64,000 nt of DNA from an uncultured Planctomycetota bacterium (GTDB lineage Bacteria; Planctomycetota; Planctomycetia; Pirellulales; Lacipirellulaceae): NCBI GenBank assembly GCA_963719315.1, contig CAVRBU010000011.1, forward strand, positions 32,001 to 96,000, in the 5' to 3' direction. Every line of letters starts with the position of its first letter. Position 1 is the first letter of the stretch. The translations under genes were made by a program, and so were the position numbers. The notes below the pieces were generated by a model. It did not search any database. It saw only the letters and a program-made list of their open reading frames with translations, and was not told the DNA's origin. Below are positions 42,098 to 52,581 of the stretch, in pieces.

Positions 42098-42961
42098 GTG
42101 GTTCTCAGATCGCGAGTCGTCGTGCGTAGCCTGATTAGTTTGGCGTTGTTGGCGATCGTCGTTGCTGCGCCCTGTTCTGCCTTGGCGGAGTTGCCCGCGG
42201 AGATTCGCGTCGTCACGTACAACATCCACCACGGCGAAGGCGTGGATGGCAAGTTCGATCTGCCGCGGATCGCCAAGGTGATGCTGGCCGAGAAGCCCGA
42301 CATCATCGCGCTGCAGGAAGTGGATCAAAAGACGCGGCGGGCGAGCGGCGTCGATCAACCGGCCGAGTTCGCCCGGCTGACCGACATGCAGGCCGTATTC
42401 GGCCGAAACATCGACTTCGACGGCGGCGGGTACGGCACGGCCGTGCTCACGAAGCTGCCCGTGCGATCGCACGAGAGAGTGAAGCTGAAGTCTTATTACC
42501 CGCCGACCGCGACGAATCCGGAGCAACGCGGCGTACAGGTCATCGAACTGGGGGATAAGGACGGGCCGGGACTATTGTTCCTATGCACGCATCTCGATTT
42601 TCGGCCGCCCGACGGCGAGCGGATGAATTCCGCGCTCACGATCAACGAGCTCATCCAAAAACGCGGCAGTGAGTTGGCGATTATCGCGGGCGATTTCAAC
42701 GCCACGCCGGCGAGCCGTCCGATTCGCGAGTTCGCAAAGGTATGGAAAATCGCGGGCGATGTCGGTGGCGTTCCGAGCGGCGAAAGCGCGAGCAACTCGA
42801 AGCCGCTGTTCACGTTTCCTTCGGAAAATCCGGATCGCCGAATCGACTACGTGTTGTATCGGCCCGCGGATCGGTGGCAGGTCGTTGAAGTCCGCGTACT
42901 GGACGAGCCTGTGGCTTCCGATCATCGCCCGCTCTTGGCGGTGTTACGGCGAGTACCCTGA
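42098..42961 (+). CDS. Endonuclease/exonuclease/phosphatase family protein with signal peptide (start approximate)
   Basis: VTYNIHHG, LQEVD, THL, AGDFNA, IDY, ASDH. Confidence 0.92.
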   Translation: MVLRSRVVVRSLISLALLAIVVAAPCSALAELPAEIRVVTYNIHHGEGVDGKFDLPRIAKVMLAEKPDIIALQEVDQKTRRASGVDQPAEFARLTDMQAVFGRNIDFDGGGYGTAVLTKLPVRSHERVKLKSYYPPTATNPEQRGVQVIELGDKDGPGLLFLCTHLDFRPPDGERMNSALTINELIQKRGSELAIIAGDFNATPASRPIREFAKVWKIAGDVGGVPSGESASNSKPLFTFPSENPDRRIDYVLYRPADRWQVVEVRVLDEPVASDHRPLLAVLRRVP

Positions 42962-43160
42962 AATCTTGGCGACGCCGACAATTCGTCGCGAGGCGCACTT
43001 GGCTCGGGCAATTCTGCTGGCAGGGACCGTCTTCATACTGTCCATCTGCCCCGCCGCAATCGTTCATTGAAGTCGCGGCGGATTTGTTCGCTGGCTCGGC
43101 GATTGCGGCATATAAATCCAAAGGACAGTTCCGCAAATTCATTCGGAAAGGAGTGGCAAA

Positions 43161-43664
43161 ATGACGCAGCGCATTAATTACTCGAAAGCCTCGCCAACCG
43201 CGGTGAAGGCCATGTTCGGGTTGCAAGCGGCGGTGGATCATTCGGGGCTGGAGCAATCGCTGTTGGAGCTATTGAAAATGCGGGCGTCGCAGATCAACGG
43301 CTGCGCGCATTGCATCGAGATGCACTTCAAGGACGCCAAGGCGCAGGGCGAAAGGGACGAGCGGTTGTACCTCCTGGACGCATGGAGGGAGGCGCCTTTC
43401 TATTCGGCTCGCGAGCGGGCCGCGCTGTTGTGGTGCGAGACGCTGACGCTCATCGCCGAGCGCAGCGCGCCGGACGAGGTGTTTAAAGAAGTGCGGAAAC
43501 AGTTTAACGACGAAGAGCTTGTGGATCTCACGCTGGCGATCGTCACGATCAACAGTTGGAACCGCTTCGCGATCGGGTTCCGCGCCGATGTGGGGCACTA
43601 CCAGCCAGGCGACGTCGTCAAAGCGATGAAGGCGACACGCGAGAAAGTGGCGGCGTCAGTGTGA
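43161..43664 (+). CDS. Carboxymuconolactone decarboxylase / AhpD-family protein
   Basis: ELLKMRASQINGCAHCIEMH, INSWNR; AAAGGAG RBS. Confidence 0.93.
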   Translation: MTQRINYSKASPTAVKAMFGLQAAVDHSGLEQSLLELLKMRASQINGCAHCIEMHFKDAKAQGERDERLYLLDAWREAPFYSARERAALLWCETLTLIAERSAPDEVFKEVRKQFNDEELVDLTLAIVTINSWNRFAIGFRADVGHYQPGDVVKAMKATREKVAASV

Positions 43665-44541
43665 TGCTTTGCTGTTCCACGTTCTCTTGAACGGCTGCTC
43701 GAAGGTGTCCGCGCGGACGTGCGCGAGCATCCATCGGCGTTTGGTAAAAAAATTGCCTTGGCCGCCACCACGACATCCCGACCAGTGTGATCAGCAGCAA
43801 CACAGCCGGCGCCGGTTCGGGCACGTTCGCCGAATCGGCGACGCCACTGGCAGTCCCGCTGCTTAAACCAGCTTGGCCGAAGTGTTCACGCCAGGCCGTA
43901 TAGTCGGTCTCATTGATGACGTTGTCGTTATTGGAATCGGCCTTGAGTCCCTCGCCTGTATGGGCGTACGTGTGCCGCCAGACGACGTAATCGGCCGCAT
44001 CGACGATGCCGTTGTCGTTGTAGTCGCCGAGGACGTAGCTCAGGATGCCGCGAATCTCGCCGTCGGGAAAGGCTGACGTGTGGATGTCGAAGTAGGCTTT
44101 TCCATTGTTGAGAGCTGCTGCAAGACCGTTGTAAGCGGTGCTAATCGTTCCGCCGCTGCTGGTGATAAAGGCGGGGTTGTAGGTGGATGCTAGTGCGAGA
44201 TCGAATTCGCCTTCATAGCTTCCGGATGAAACGCCTTCGGGAAAGTCTGTGAATGTGGGAAGTTGTGTGGCCGGGTCGGCGACGCCGATGCCGGCGAGCG
44301 CGGTCGGAGCGTGGATGTGGGCTTCGGTGACCGTGCCGAGCAGGCCTTCGAATGCGGTTTCGATTTCCAATACGTTTTCGTCGAAGTCAATGGCAATGAC
44401 GGCGTGGCCGGAGGCGGTGGAGGCGTTGGGCGGCGACTCGGCAGGGCCGGTGAGGTTTGCGGTGTAGCGGAAATGGTGTGCCGAGGCTGGCACAGTTGCT
44501 CCGAAGAAAAAGGCAGCGAGAAGGAGAGCGCGCGATGCCAT
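43618..44541 (-). CDS. CHRD-domain protein with a dockerin-like repeat and PEP-CTERM
   Basis: AHIH, YFDIHT..FPDGEIRG, GDYNDNGIVDAADYVVWR, VPEP. Confidence 0.88.
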   Translation of the reverse strand: MASRALLLAAFFFGATVPASAHHFRYTANLTGPAESPPNASTASGHAVIAIDFDENVLEIETAFEGLLGTVTEAHIHAPTALAGIGVADPATQLPTFTDFPEGVSSGSYEGEFDLALASTYNPAFITSSGGTISTAYNGLAAALNNGKAYFDIHTSAFPDGEIRGILSYVLGDYNDNGIVDAADYVVWRHTYAHTGEGLKADSNNDNVINETDYTAWREHFGQAGLSSGTASGVADSANVPEPAPAVLLLITLVGMSWWRPRQFFYQTPMDARARPRGHLRAAVQENVEQQSITLTPPLSRVSPSSL

Positions 44542-44676
44542 ATGGCAAGCATTCAACATTAAGGCGACCGGATTCGTGTCCTCACGAATGCGCGGCGAAG
44601 AGTCGGCGTTTTTCGATTCCAGCGCCCGGCGCTCGATTGCGCCGGGCGTTGGAAGATACGATTAGCAATCGAAAAG

Positions 44677-45273
44677 CTATGCCCGACGCCGACGCGCGGT
44701 GCTGAAAAGTCCGACGGCGCCCAACGCGAGAAGGATGCAGGTTGCCGGTTCTGGGACTGGGATTAGAAAACCGCGGATTTCGCCGCCAGGGACCACCGAT
44801 GTGTGGATGTTCCAGTAGGACTTGCCAGCAGCTATGGCCGCCACAAGTGCTGCTTCTGCTGAGGCAGTCGTGCCGCCGTTTGCTGACACGTACGACGGGT
44901 TGTAGCTGGAAGCCAGGGTTAGATCCAAAGTGCTGTCATACGAGCCCGAGGTCACACCGAGAGGAAAGCCAGCAAACGTGGGCGTCGTCGTGGCTACGCC
45001 GGCTGTGCTGACAAAAGGCACAACTGTCGGGGCGTGAATATGCGATGCGGTTGTCGTGCCGAGCAAACCGCTAAACGAAACGTTGACATGCAGCGTGTGG
45101 GCCAAGTCGTCGTAGTCGACGGTACCATAGCCGGTGCCAGGCGAGGCGTTGGGCGGCGACTCGCTAGGGCCGTCCAAAATGGCTTCGTAGTTGAATACGG
45201 TCGCGAACGCGGCAGGCGTTCCGACAAATAGCGCCAGGGCGAGTGTTAAGAATAGCCATCGGTTGGGATTCAT
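44677..45273 (-). CDS. CHRD-domain PEP-CTERM protein
   Basis: Signal peptide, SHIH, YWNIHT...PGGEIRG, VPEP-TM-RRRR. Confidence 0.92.
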   Translation of the reverse strand: MNPNRWLFLTLALALFVGTPAAFATVFNYEAILDGPSESPPNASPGTGYGTVDYDDLAHTLHVNVSFSGLLGTTTASHIHAPTVVPFVSTAGVATTTPTFAGFPLGVTSGSYDSTLDLTLASSYNPSYVSANGGTTASAEAALVAAIAAGKSYWNIHTSVVPGGEIRGFLIPVPEPATCILLALGAVGLFSTARRRRA

Positions 45274-45531
45274 TAGACGTCTCCACTCGATCGTGAAGCG
45301 GCGCGCCGAGCTGGCAACTTGGCGTTGGGCCGCGCGATCGGCATTGAACAAACGGTCACCCCTGACGGCGAGCAGTATAGAGTTGCTAAGGGGAAAGTAC
45401 AAGTAATTCTCCCAAAATGTGGGAAATAGCTTGCAATTGCAGCAGTTGACGAAGGTTGGGCGGCGTCGCGAGCATGCTTTCGCCGCTGAAGCGGCGAAAG
45501 CATGGCACTCAACGATCGGAAGATTCGCCGA

Positions 45532-46782
45532 TCAAAATTCCGGCTGAATATTCTTGAGCCGGGCTTCGGTTTCCGCCATCAGGGCGTCTTCGCCCGCTTC
45601 ATTCGCGGCTTCGTAGGTCGCGCTGAAACGCAGGAAGGGGCCTGCATCATCCCAGGGCACCGTGCAGATTGATTGCTCGGTGATGAGATACTGGCTGGCG
45701 GCTTCGGCATTTTCGAAATCAATGCGGCCACCGCCCGCTGCCCCGTTCGCGAAGGCCCGCGGCGACGGCGCATAGAGAAAATACGTGCCGCCCGGCATCT
45801 TGCATTTGAAGCCGCAGCGCTGGAGCGTGGCGACGAGTTTTTCGAGGCGGCGTTTGTACTTGGTGCGTGTGTGTTTGGGGATGGCGGGGTCGTCGAGGCC
45901 GGCGATGGCGGCTTTTTGGATGGCGATGAATTGACCAGAGTCGAAGTTGTCTTTCACATTGCCGTAGGCGCTGACGATCCGCTCGTGGCCGCAGACCCAG
46001 CCGATCCGCCAGCCGATCATGTCGAACGCCTTCGACATCGAGTGGGCTTCGACGCCGACATCGCGGGCGCCGGGGATGGCGAGGAAACTGTTGGGTGCGC
46101 GATCGTAGCTCAACACACCGTGGGCAGCGTCCTGAACGATCACCAGTTCGTGCTTCTTGGCGAACGCGATGGCCCGCTCATAAAACTCGGGCGGCGCCGT
46201 GCGCCCCGTCGGGCTATTTGGGTAGCAAAGGACGAGCAGCTTGGCCTTCGCGCGAACATCGATCGGGATGCCGTCGAGATCGGGCAGAAAATCGTTCTCG
46301 GTTGTGAGCGGCAATTTGTAGACCACGCCGCCGTAATACGCCGTGTGCGTGCCGGCGATCGGGTAGCCGGGGACGGTCATCAGCGTGACATCGCCTGGGT
46401 TGATGAAGCAAGCCGGCAGCATCGCGAGCGCGTTCTTAGAGCCGATGCAGGGAATCAGTTCGGTCGCCGGGTCGAGAGCGACGGCGTATTCGCGCTGCAT
46501 GAAGCGGGCGGCCGCCTCGCGGAAGGCGGGGATGCCGTTATCCGAGTAGCCGCGGTTTTCGGGCTTGTTGATTTCCTCGGCCATCCGCCGGCGGACGACC
46601 GCCGGGGCCATCTCGTCGTTCTCGCCAATGCCGAAATCGAGCAGCTTCCGCTCCGGATGATCGGCGAGCGCCTTCCGCTTGGCGCGTTTGATCTTCTCGA
46701 ACTTGTAAATGGCGGTGCCCTTGCCGTAATTGGCGCCGCCAATGCGATCGGCAAACAGCGATTGGAAATAGGGGTCGGACAT
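45532..46782 (-). CDS. dapL: LL-diaminopimelate aminotransferase-like class I/II PLP aminotransferase
   Basis: IYKFEKIKRAK, YPNSPTG, HSMSKAFDMIGWRIG, DSGQFIAIQ. Confidence 0.85.
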   Translation of the reverse strand: MSDPYFQSLFADRIGGANYGKGTAIYKFEKIKRAKRKALADHPERKLLDFGIGENDEMAPAVVRRRMAEEINKPENRGYSDNGIPAFREAAARFMQREYAVALDPATELIPCIGSKNALAMLPACFINPGDVTLMTVPGYPIAGTHTAYYGGVVYKLPLTTENDFLPDLDGIPIDVRAKAKLLVLCYPNSPTGRTAPPEFYERAIAFAKKHELVIVQDAAHGVLSYDRAPNSFLAIPGARDVGVEAHSMSKAFDMIGWRIGWVCGHERIVSAYGNVKDNFDSGQFIAIQKAAIAGLDDPAIPKHTRTKYKRRLEKLVATLQRCGFKCKMPGGTYFLYAPSPRAFANGAAGGGRIDFENAEAASQYLITEQSICTVPWDDAGPFLRFSATYEAANEAGEDALMAETEARLKNIQPEF

Positions 46783-46880
46783 ACGTGATAAGTTAACGGA
46801 AGGGCCGACGAGCAACAACGGGGCGGCATAGCGTCGGCGACGACGCCGAATCAACATGCGGAATGGTCGCGTTACCGGCG

Positions 46881-46952
46881 GTAGATTCGGTCTGGCGACC
46901 GACGCTAACGCGGGAACACGCCATTTAGCGTCGGCGGCCACGCGGAATCTAC
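46881..46952. repeat. REP doublet (GTAG-initiated inverted pair) upstream of the RAYT gene
   Basis: GTAGATTCGGTCTGGCGACCGACGCTAA ... TTAGCGTCGGCGGCCACGCGGAATCTAC. Confidence 0.8.
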
Positions 46953-46987
46953 TTGAAATCCGCGCGACATCCTCTACACTATCGCGC

Positions 46988-47579
46988 ATGTTAGGTTGGC
47001 ACCTGATCTTTTCCGTGTACGGCTTCTGGCTCCCCAACGACGAGCGCGGCAGTGGCTCGGTCCGGGTGCGTGCACAGCACATCTACGACGCGGGTGGCAA
47101 GGCGACAAAAGTCCACACGACGCACAGTGTCGCGCATCGGCCGCACGATGTGCGATTGCGGAAAATGGCCAAGGAATCGCTCACGTATCCCGCGGTGGAA
47201 CTGTCCGGCCTCCAGGCGCGGGCGGTGACACGCTGGATCGCGGCGATTTGTCCAAAGATCGAATTGGTCGTTCATGCGTGTGCGATCATGCCGGATCATG
47301 TGCACGTGGTCGTCGCCGCGCATCGATTCAACGGCGACGAGTTGATCGCATGTTTGAAGCGCACCGGCACGCGCGGAATGAACGACGAAGGCCTGCATCC
47401 GATGCGAAATCATTCGCGCAAGCGGCAGGTTGCCGAGCCCTTGGGCGGGACGCGGATGGAAAGTGATGCAGTTCAACCCGGAGCAAATGCGGGCCGCCAT
47501 TCGGTATGTGGAAGAGAATCCGGTGCGGGCCGGATTCAAGCGGCAGCAATGGTCTTTTGTGGCGCCGTATTTGGGGTAG
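46988..47579 (+). CDS. REP-associated tyrosine (HUH/Y1) transposase, frameshifted at about 47420
   Basis: YGFWLPND.RG, IMPDHVHVVV (HUH); alternative frame PWAGRGW...AIRYVEENP (catalytic Tyr); flanked by REPs. Confidence 0.85.
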
Positions 47580-47613
47580 TGCGGGAGGGCGGAATGGGCG
47601 GCGTCGGTCGGCG

Positions 47614-47641
47614 GTGGATTCGGTCTGGCGACCGACGCTAA
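47614..47641 (+). repeat. REP copy downstream of the RAYT gene
   Basis: GTGGATTCGGTCTGGCGACCGACGCTAA, one mismatch to 46881..46908. Confidence 0.85.
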
Positions 47642-47645
47642 GAAT

Positions 47646-48548
47646 TTAGTATTCCGTGTTGCCGTAATAGCCAACGGCGCTCAAATTCGTACGCTGTTTT
47701 ACTAAAGCGACGATCGCATCCACTTCCGTGTCGGTAAGCGGAGCGACGTACGACTCCGTCGGACGACGGGCGACGGTGTAAACTTGCACGAGCTTCAGTT
47801 GCCCGCCGGCCGCCATGATTTCGTTGAGCCGGTCGCAAAACGCTTCCAGTTCCGTACCGGCGGGCGGCTCGCCTGCCACGCGCATGAACAGCGATTGAAT
47901 AACCAGTGGCCGCACACGCGCCGCCGCGGTGATGTTGTCCAGGATCTGTCGAAACGGAATCGGCGTCCTCTCAATGAGGTGGTAGTACTCGTCCGTGCCT
48001 GCTTCGAGCTTGGCCCAAATCTCGCCATTGTTCTCATCCAAAATTGACAAACCGCGCTGGACGTGCGGCCGATGGAACATGCTGGCGTTCGTGATGAGGA
48101 CCATTTTGAGGGGGGCGGGACGAGGGTCGAGGGTCGAGAGGCGGAGTTGAGATTCCACTTCCCTCTTGACGCTCGCGCATTGCTCGATCAATTCATCGAA
48201 GTTCTTGTACGTTGTCGGCTCGCCATCGCCTGAGAACGCAATGTCGTTGAGCCGGCGGAGCTGCGGCGGCACATCGGCAAACTTTGGCGTGTCGTAGATG
48301 CGGCCAGAGGCCACCAGCTCCAGCGTCCAACGAAGCTCTTCCAACAGCGCGGCCATTTCGACGAAGCGGGTCTCGCTCTGGCTGCGGCGATCGACCTGGC
48401 AATAGATGCAGTCGAAGTTACAAATCTTGTCGGGGTTGAGATTCACGCCCACCGAAATGCCGCCACTCCGCCGGCTGAGGACCGGGTACACGAACCGATT
48501 GTGCTCGAAGAGCCGGGCGTGATCGGTGTGGAGTTGGTGGGTGGACAC
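47646..48548 (-). CDS. Radical SAM protein
   Basis: CNFDCIYC, FSGDGEPT, LITN. Confidence 0.92.
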   Translation of the reverse strand: MSTHQLHTDHARLFEHNRFVYPVLSRRSGGISVGVNLNPDKICNFDCIYCQVDRRSQSETRFVEMAALLEELRWTLELVASGRIYDTPKFADVPPQLRRLNDIAFSGDGEPTTYKNFDELIEQCASVKREVESQLRLSTLDPRPAPLKMVLITNASMFHRPHVQRGLSILDENNGEIWAKLEAGTDEYYHLIERTPIPFRQILDNITAAARVRPLVIQSLFMRVAGEPPAGTELEAFCDRLNEIMAAGGQLKLVQVYTVARRPTESYVAPLTDTEVDAIVALVKQRTNLSAVGYYGNTEY

Positions 48549-48709
48549 GGGGATGCAGGATGCAGGATGCAGGATACGGGGGACAGGGGACAGGGGACAG
48601 GGAGTGACGCGCGCCAATACCATCATAGGTCGGGCGCAGCGTAAGTCGAGTGCGGCGACGCAGCCCGTTCAATCGCCGCTGGCGGCTTAGCGGTAGCGGC
48701 GTATCGGCG

Positions 48710-50872
48710 TCACGCGCTCTCGCGATAGCCGAAGTGGCACAGCCGGCGATAGAGGTCGCAGCGGGCCACCAGTTCGTCGTGCGTGCCGGTGTCGATGATC
48801 TTGCCGTGGTCCATGACGACCACGCGGTCGGCCAGCGAAATCATGCTCACGCGGTGCGTGATCATGAACGTGGTGCGGTCGCGCGAGAATTCCTTGAGCA
48901 CCTCGAATATGAGTTGCTCGCTTTCGATGTCGATCTGGCTGGTCGCTTCGTCGAGCAGCAGGATTTCCGGATCGCGGAGAATCGCGCGGGCCAGCGAGAT
49001 GCGTTGCCGCTGACCGCCGGAGAGGCGGCCGCCGCCGGGGCCGACGGGCGTTTGATAGCCATCCGGCAGTTTTTCGGTGATGAACGAGTGGGCGTGGGCC
49101 TTGCGCGCGGCCGCTTCGATTTCTGCCTTGGTGGCATCCGGTTTGCCGTAACGAATGTTGTTCTCGACCGTGTCGTTGAGCATCAAGATTTCCTGCGACA
49201 CGAGACCGAACCGGCTCCGCAGGTCGCGCTGGCGGACATTGCGAATATCGGTCCCTTCGATCGTGACGCGGCCGGCGGATGGGTCGTAGAACCGCGGCAG
49301 CAGTTGCATGAGTGTGGTCTTGCCACAGCCGTTGGGGCCGACGATGGCGATCGTTTCGCCGGCGCAAACGTCCAAATCGACGCCGCGAAGCACCGGCTTC
49401 TCCGGATGATAGTGGAAACTGACGTTTTCGAAACGTAAGCTCCGTTTCAACGCCGGCAACGGAACGGCCTCAACCGGATCGACGATCGTGGGTTCGCGAT
49501 CAAGCACCTGGTACACGCGGTCGGCGGCGGCCACGGCTTGCTGGATATTGCTGAATTCGCCCGACAGACGGCGGGCCGGATCGCTCATTCCAGCCAGCAT
49601 GGCGAAGAAGATGCTCATCTCGCCGTGCGTCAGTGCGATGTCGCTGATCTTAATGCCCAGGATGTGCGTGTGTTGTCCGAGGACCAGGTAACCGCCCATC
49701 ACCGCCGCCAAGAGGACCATGGCAATGCCCAAGGTTTCGATCACGGGGCCGACCAGGGAGTTGTAGGCGGCAATCCGCATTTGGCGATGATAGTAAACCT
49801 TGGAGGATTGATGAAACTTGTTGCGTTCGGCGGGTTCCATAGTGAAGGCTTTGATGAGCTTGATGCCGCCGAGCGTCTCCGAGAGCGTTTCGTAGATCGA
49901 GGAGAGCTCCTGCATTGCCTTGCGATGCGTGCGCTTGAGCGCTTTGCCCAGCCAGTGAATCGAGTAGCCGGCGACGGGCGCGATGATGATCGTAATTAGC
50001 AGTAGTTGCCAACTAATCCAAGCGGCGATGGCGAAGCAGGCAATGACCTTAAGCGGCTCCAGCAACGCCTGGCCGAATAGGCGCTGCACACCTTGGGTGA
50101 TCGAATTCAAGTCGGTCGTACAGCGATTCATGAGGTCGCCGCGGCCAGCCTCGGTGAAATTGGCCATGTCGAGCCGCAGCACCTGCCGATAGAAATCCAT
50201 TCGCAGGTCGTAGCCTACGATGTTGCCGAGCCGCGCTACGACGATGGCGTTCCAAATCCGGAACGCGTTTTTCAAGATCGTGCAGGCGACCACAAACAAA
50301 CAGACGGCCAGCAGCGTTCCGAAGGGCGTGGTGGGCATCCAGCGGCGTGCGGCCGGCGAGATCCAAGCGAATCTTGCGGCCCGCTGGCGATAGACTTTGG
50401 CGTGGTATTCGGTCTCGCCGATTTCTTGAGTTACTTTGGCGGCGACGTGGTCGGCTGGAACGGTGGCGAATGTTTCCAAGCGGCGGATGTCGTTCTCGAG
50501 CCGCGTCTTTTCGGCGATTTGCACATCATCCCAGGTGCCGGCGGATTTCTTGATGTGCGCGGCCAATTCGGTCCGACGACGCTCGATCTCCGACCGAATG
50601 TTCTTCTGGACCTCGGCGGCACTTTCCGATCGCAGCTTTTGAAGCTGAGCCAGCCAGCGGTCGGAATCTTTGACTTCCCGCTGTGCCTCGTCCACTTTCT
50701 GATCGATCCAATCCGGCAGCGAGTGATCGTTCATGATCACTTCAACGACCGGAAAGACGGCGGTGAGGCCGCCACCCCAGAGCAACGCGATGACGACCGA
50801 CGTAAAGACGCAGGTCAGCATCGTGAAGCGGTGTGTGATGGCGATTTTGAGAGCGCGAGTGAAGTTGTGCAT
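48710..50872 (-). CDS. ABC exporter, fused TMD-NBD (MsbA-like) with a large coiled-coil periplasmic loop
   Basis: GPNGCGKTT, LSGGQRQR, LLLDEATS; N-terminal TM helices. Confidence 0.93.
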   Translation of the reverse strand: MHNFTRALKIAITHRFTMLTCVFTSVVIALLWGGGLTAVFPVVEVIMNDHSLPDWIDQKVDEAQREVKDSDRWLAQLQKLRSESAAEVQKNIRSEIERRRTELAAHIKKSAGTWDDVQIAEKTRLENDIRRLETFATVPADHVAAKVTQEIGETEYHAKVYRQRAARFAWISPAARRWMPTTPFGTLLAVCLFVVACTILKNAFRIWNAIVVARLGNIVGYDLRMDFYRQVLRLDMANFTEAGRGDLMNRCTTDLNSITQGVQRLFGQALLEPLKVIACFAIAAWISWQLLLITIIIAPVAGYSIHWLGKALKRTHRKAMQELSSIYETLSETLGGIKLIKAFTMEPAERNKFHQSSKVYYHRQMRIAAYNSLVGPVIETLGIAMVLLAAVMGGYLVLGQHTHILGIKISDIALTHGEMSIFFAMLAGMSDPARRLSGEFSNIQQAVAAADRVYQVLDREPTIVDPVEAVPLPALKRSLRFENVSFHYHPEKPVLRGVDLDVCAGETIAIVGPNGCGKTTLMQLLPRFYDPSAGRVTIEGTDIRNVRQRDLRSRFGLVSQEILMLNDTVENNIRYGKPDATKAEIEAAARKAHAHSFITEKLPDGYQTPVGPGGGRLSGGQRQRISLARAILRDPEILLLDEATSQIDIESEQLIFEVLKEFSRDRTTFMITHRVSMISLADRVVVMDHGKIIDTGTHDELVARCDLYRRLCHFGYRESA

Positions 50873-51228
50873 GGGTCGATCGTCGCAATTTAGCCGCGAT
50901 GCTACGCATCGCCGGCCGCTGGCGCTGCTGGCGGGAGCGATTGAATTGGCTGGGTCGCAGGTTGTAGCAAAGTAACGACGGGGCTCCAAGGGCGGCCGGA
51001 TGCTAGCGGAGTTGAGAGTCGATAGTTGAGGGATGAGGGTTGAGCGCCAGCAAGCAGTGCGAACGCTGCCTCGAATCCCTAAATCCTCAACTCTAAACCC
51101 TCATCACCGCCCTTTTGTTGAATTCTGCCGATTATGCCGCCGATACCAAATGTATCGACCAGACCGTGTGCGCGCACTCTCGCTCTTTTCTCGCGCGTCG
51201 CGACGACTCAGGTCATTAGGGGGGGAAG

Positions 51229-51876
51229 ATGAAAAGCGCACTTTGTGTGCTCGCGCTAGCGGTGTTGTCCTCCGTTGGCTGCCGAGCGATGAATTCCAGA
51301 TGCGGTCAGCCGTGTTGCGATTCGGGCGGCTCTTGCTGTCAACCGTGCCATATGGCGATGCGAGAAAATGCGCCGCGACCGGGCGGATGTTGTGAAGGTT
51401 GTGCCGCCGAATCGTGCAGTCGCGGCGGCAACATGGAAGGCAATTACCCCGGCGGCGATTGCTGCTTCTTCGATCGCTACCACGGCCAAGGAGGCTGCCA
51501 GAGCTGCAACCAGGGTAGCGGCGCCGGTTATCCTAACGGCGAATACGATTGCTCGCCCTGCAACTCACCGGAATGGGGCTGCACCGGCTATCGCCATCCG
51601 CACGGCTACGTCGATGGCCGCGGCTGCCTTTGCCAGAACGGCCAGTGCGGACCGGGCCCGTATACGCGCTGCTCCCATTGCGGACGTAGTTACTGCGGCA
51701 CCGGTCCGACGCCGGGCTGCGACTGCTGCCCGTTCTGTGGTTGCGCCCCGTCGGGCGATCAGAACTACAACTTCAACCCGGGCCCGCCGGTCGCGCAGAC
51801 GGCCTATCCGTACTACACGCTCCGCGGACCGCGCGATTACTTGCTGAACAATCCGCCGAGCATCGGACCGTATTGA
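51229..51876 (+). CDS. Cys/Gly-rich planctomycete lipoprotein-like protein
   Basis: Signal ending LSSVGC; 30 Cys; C-terminal AYPYYTLRGPRDYLLNNPPSIGPY. Confidence 0.8.
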   Translation: MKSALCVLALAVLSSVGCRAMNSRCGQPCCDSGGSCCQPCHMAMRENAPRPGGCCEGCAAESCSRGGNMEGNYPGGDCCFFDRYHGQGGCQSCNQGSGAGYPNGEYDCSPCNSPEWGCTGYRHPHGYVDGRGCLCQNGQCGPGPYTRCSHCGRSYCGTGPTPGCDCCPFCGCAPSGDQNYNFNPGPPVAQTAYPYYTLRGPRDYLLNNPPSIGPY

Positions 51877-52215
51877 TCTAGGGGGGAAGGCGGAGGGTGG
51901 AAGGGGGAGTAATCCCCATCCACCCTCTGCTTTGCTTTTTGCTAAACAGCTCGGGTGCCATGCTCTCGCGAAGCGCGGACATACCCACGCTCGCGATCAA
52001 ACTTCCTCGCTTCGCGTGAGCATGCCGGCGCGAGCTACGGCCTGCCACCCATACAATTCGACCGGCGCGAAAGGATTCGCGCTTCATCAGCCGCCATCGG
52101 CGCACGGACGCGCCAGGGCGGCTGGTTTTGTTGGGGTACTGAGGAGCGAGTGGCGAGGAGCGATGAGAGACCGGTCGTGGACCTTGCGGCACGCCGCGAG
52201 CATCAATTCGCTGTG

Positions 52216-52545
52216 TCAGGTTCCCAGCGACTCAATGGACTTGTGCTCCCATTTTTTTATCCACTCGCGAGCATCTTTCAATGTCGTTGGATACGGCACA
52301 ACAAGACCGCCATTTTGATCGTCGTAAATCGACTGAAACAGGAATCCGTGTTCGACAAGCAATCGCACCTTTTGCCATTGCTCATGATCATCAGCCTTCG
52401 GCGCCTTGAATTTTCGGGACACCTGAATCGCAGGATTGCCACAAATCGGGCAAGGTCGCCGATGATTCGATTCAAGCGGCCTCTTGAAGGCCTTTTGGCA
52501 TTCAAGGCAAACAAACGGGAACAGATATGTGGGACCGCTCGTCAT
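52216..52545 (-). CDS. Small Zn-ribbon hypothetical protein
   Basis: CLECQKAF...CPICG...FKAPK; co-oriented downstream of fabF. Confidence 0.7.
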   Translation of the reverse strand: MTSGPTYLFPFVCLECQKAFKRPLESNHRRPCPICGNPAIQVSRKFKAPKADDHEQWQKVRLLVEHGFLFQSIYDDQNGGLVVPYPTTLKDAREWIKKWEHKSIESLGT

Positions 52546-52581
52546 ACACACCGTGACCTGCTCGGCGAAACCTGTTTGGCG

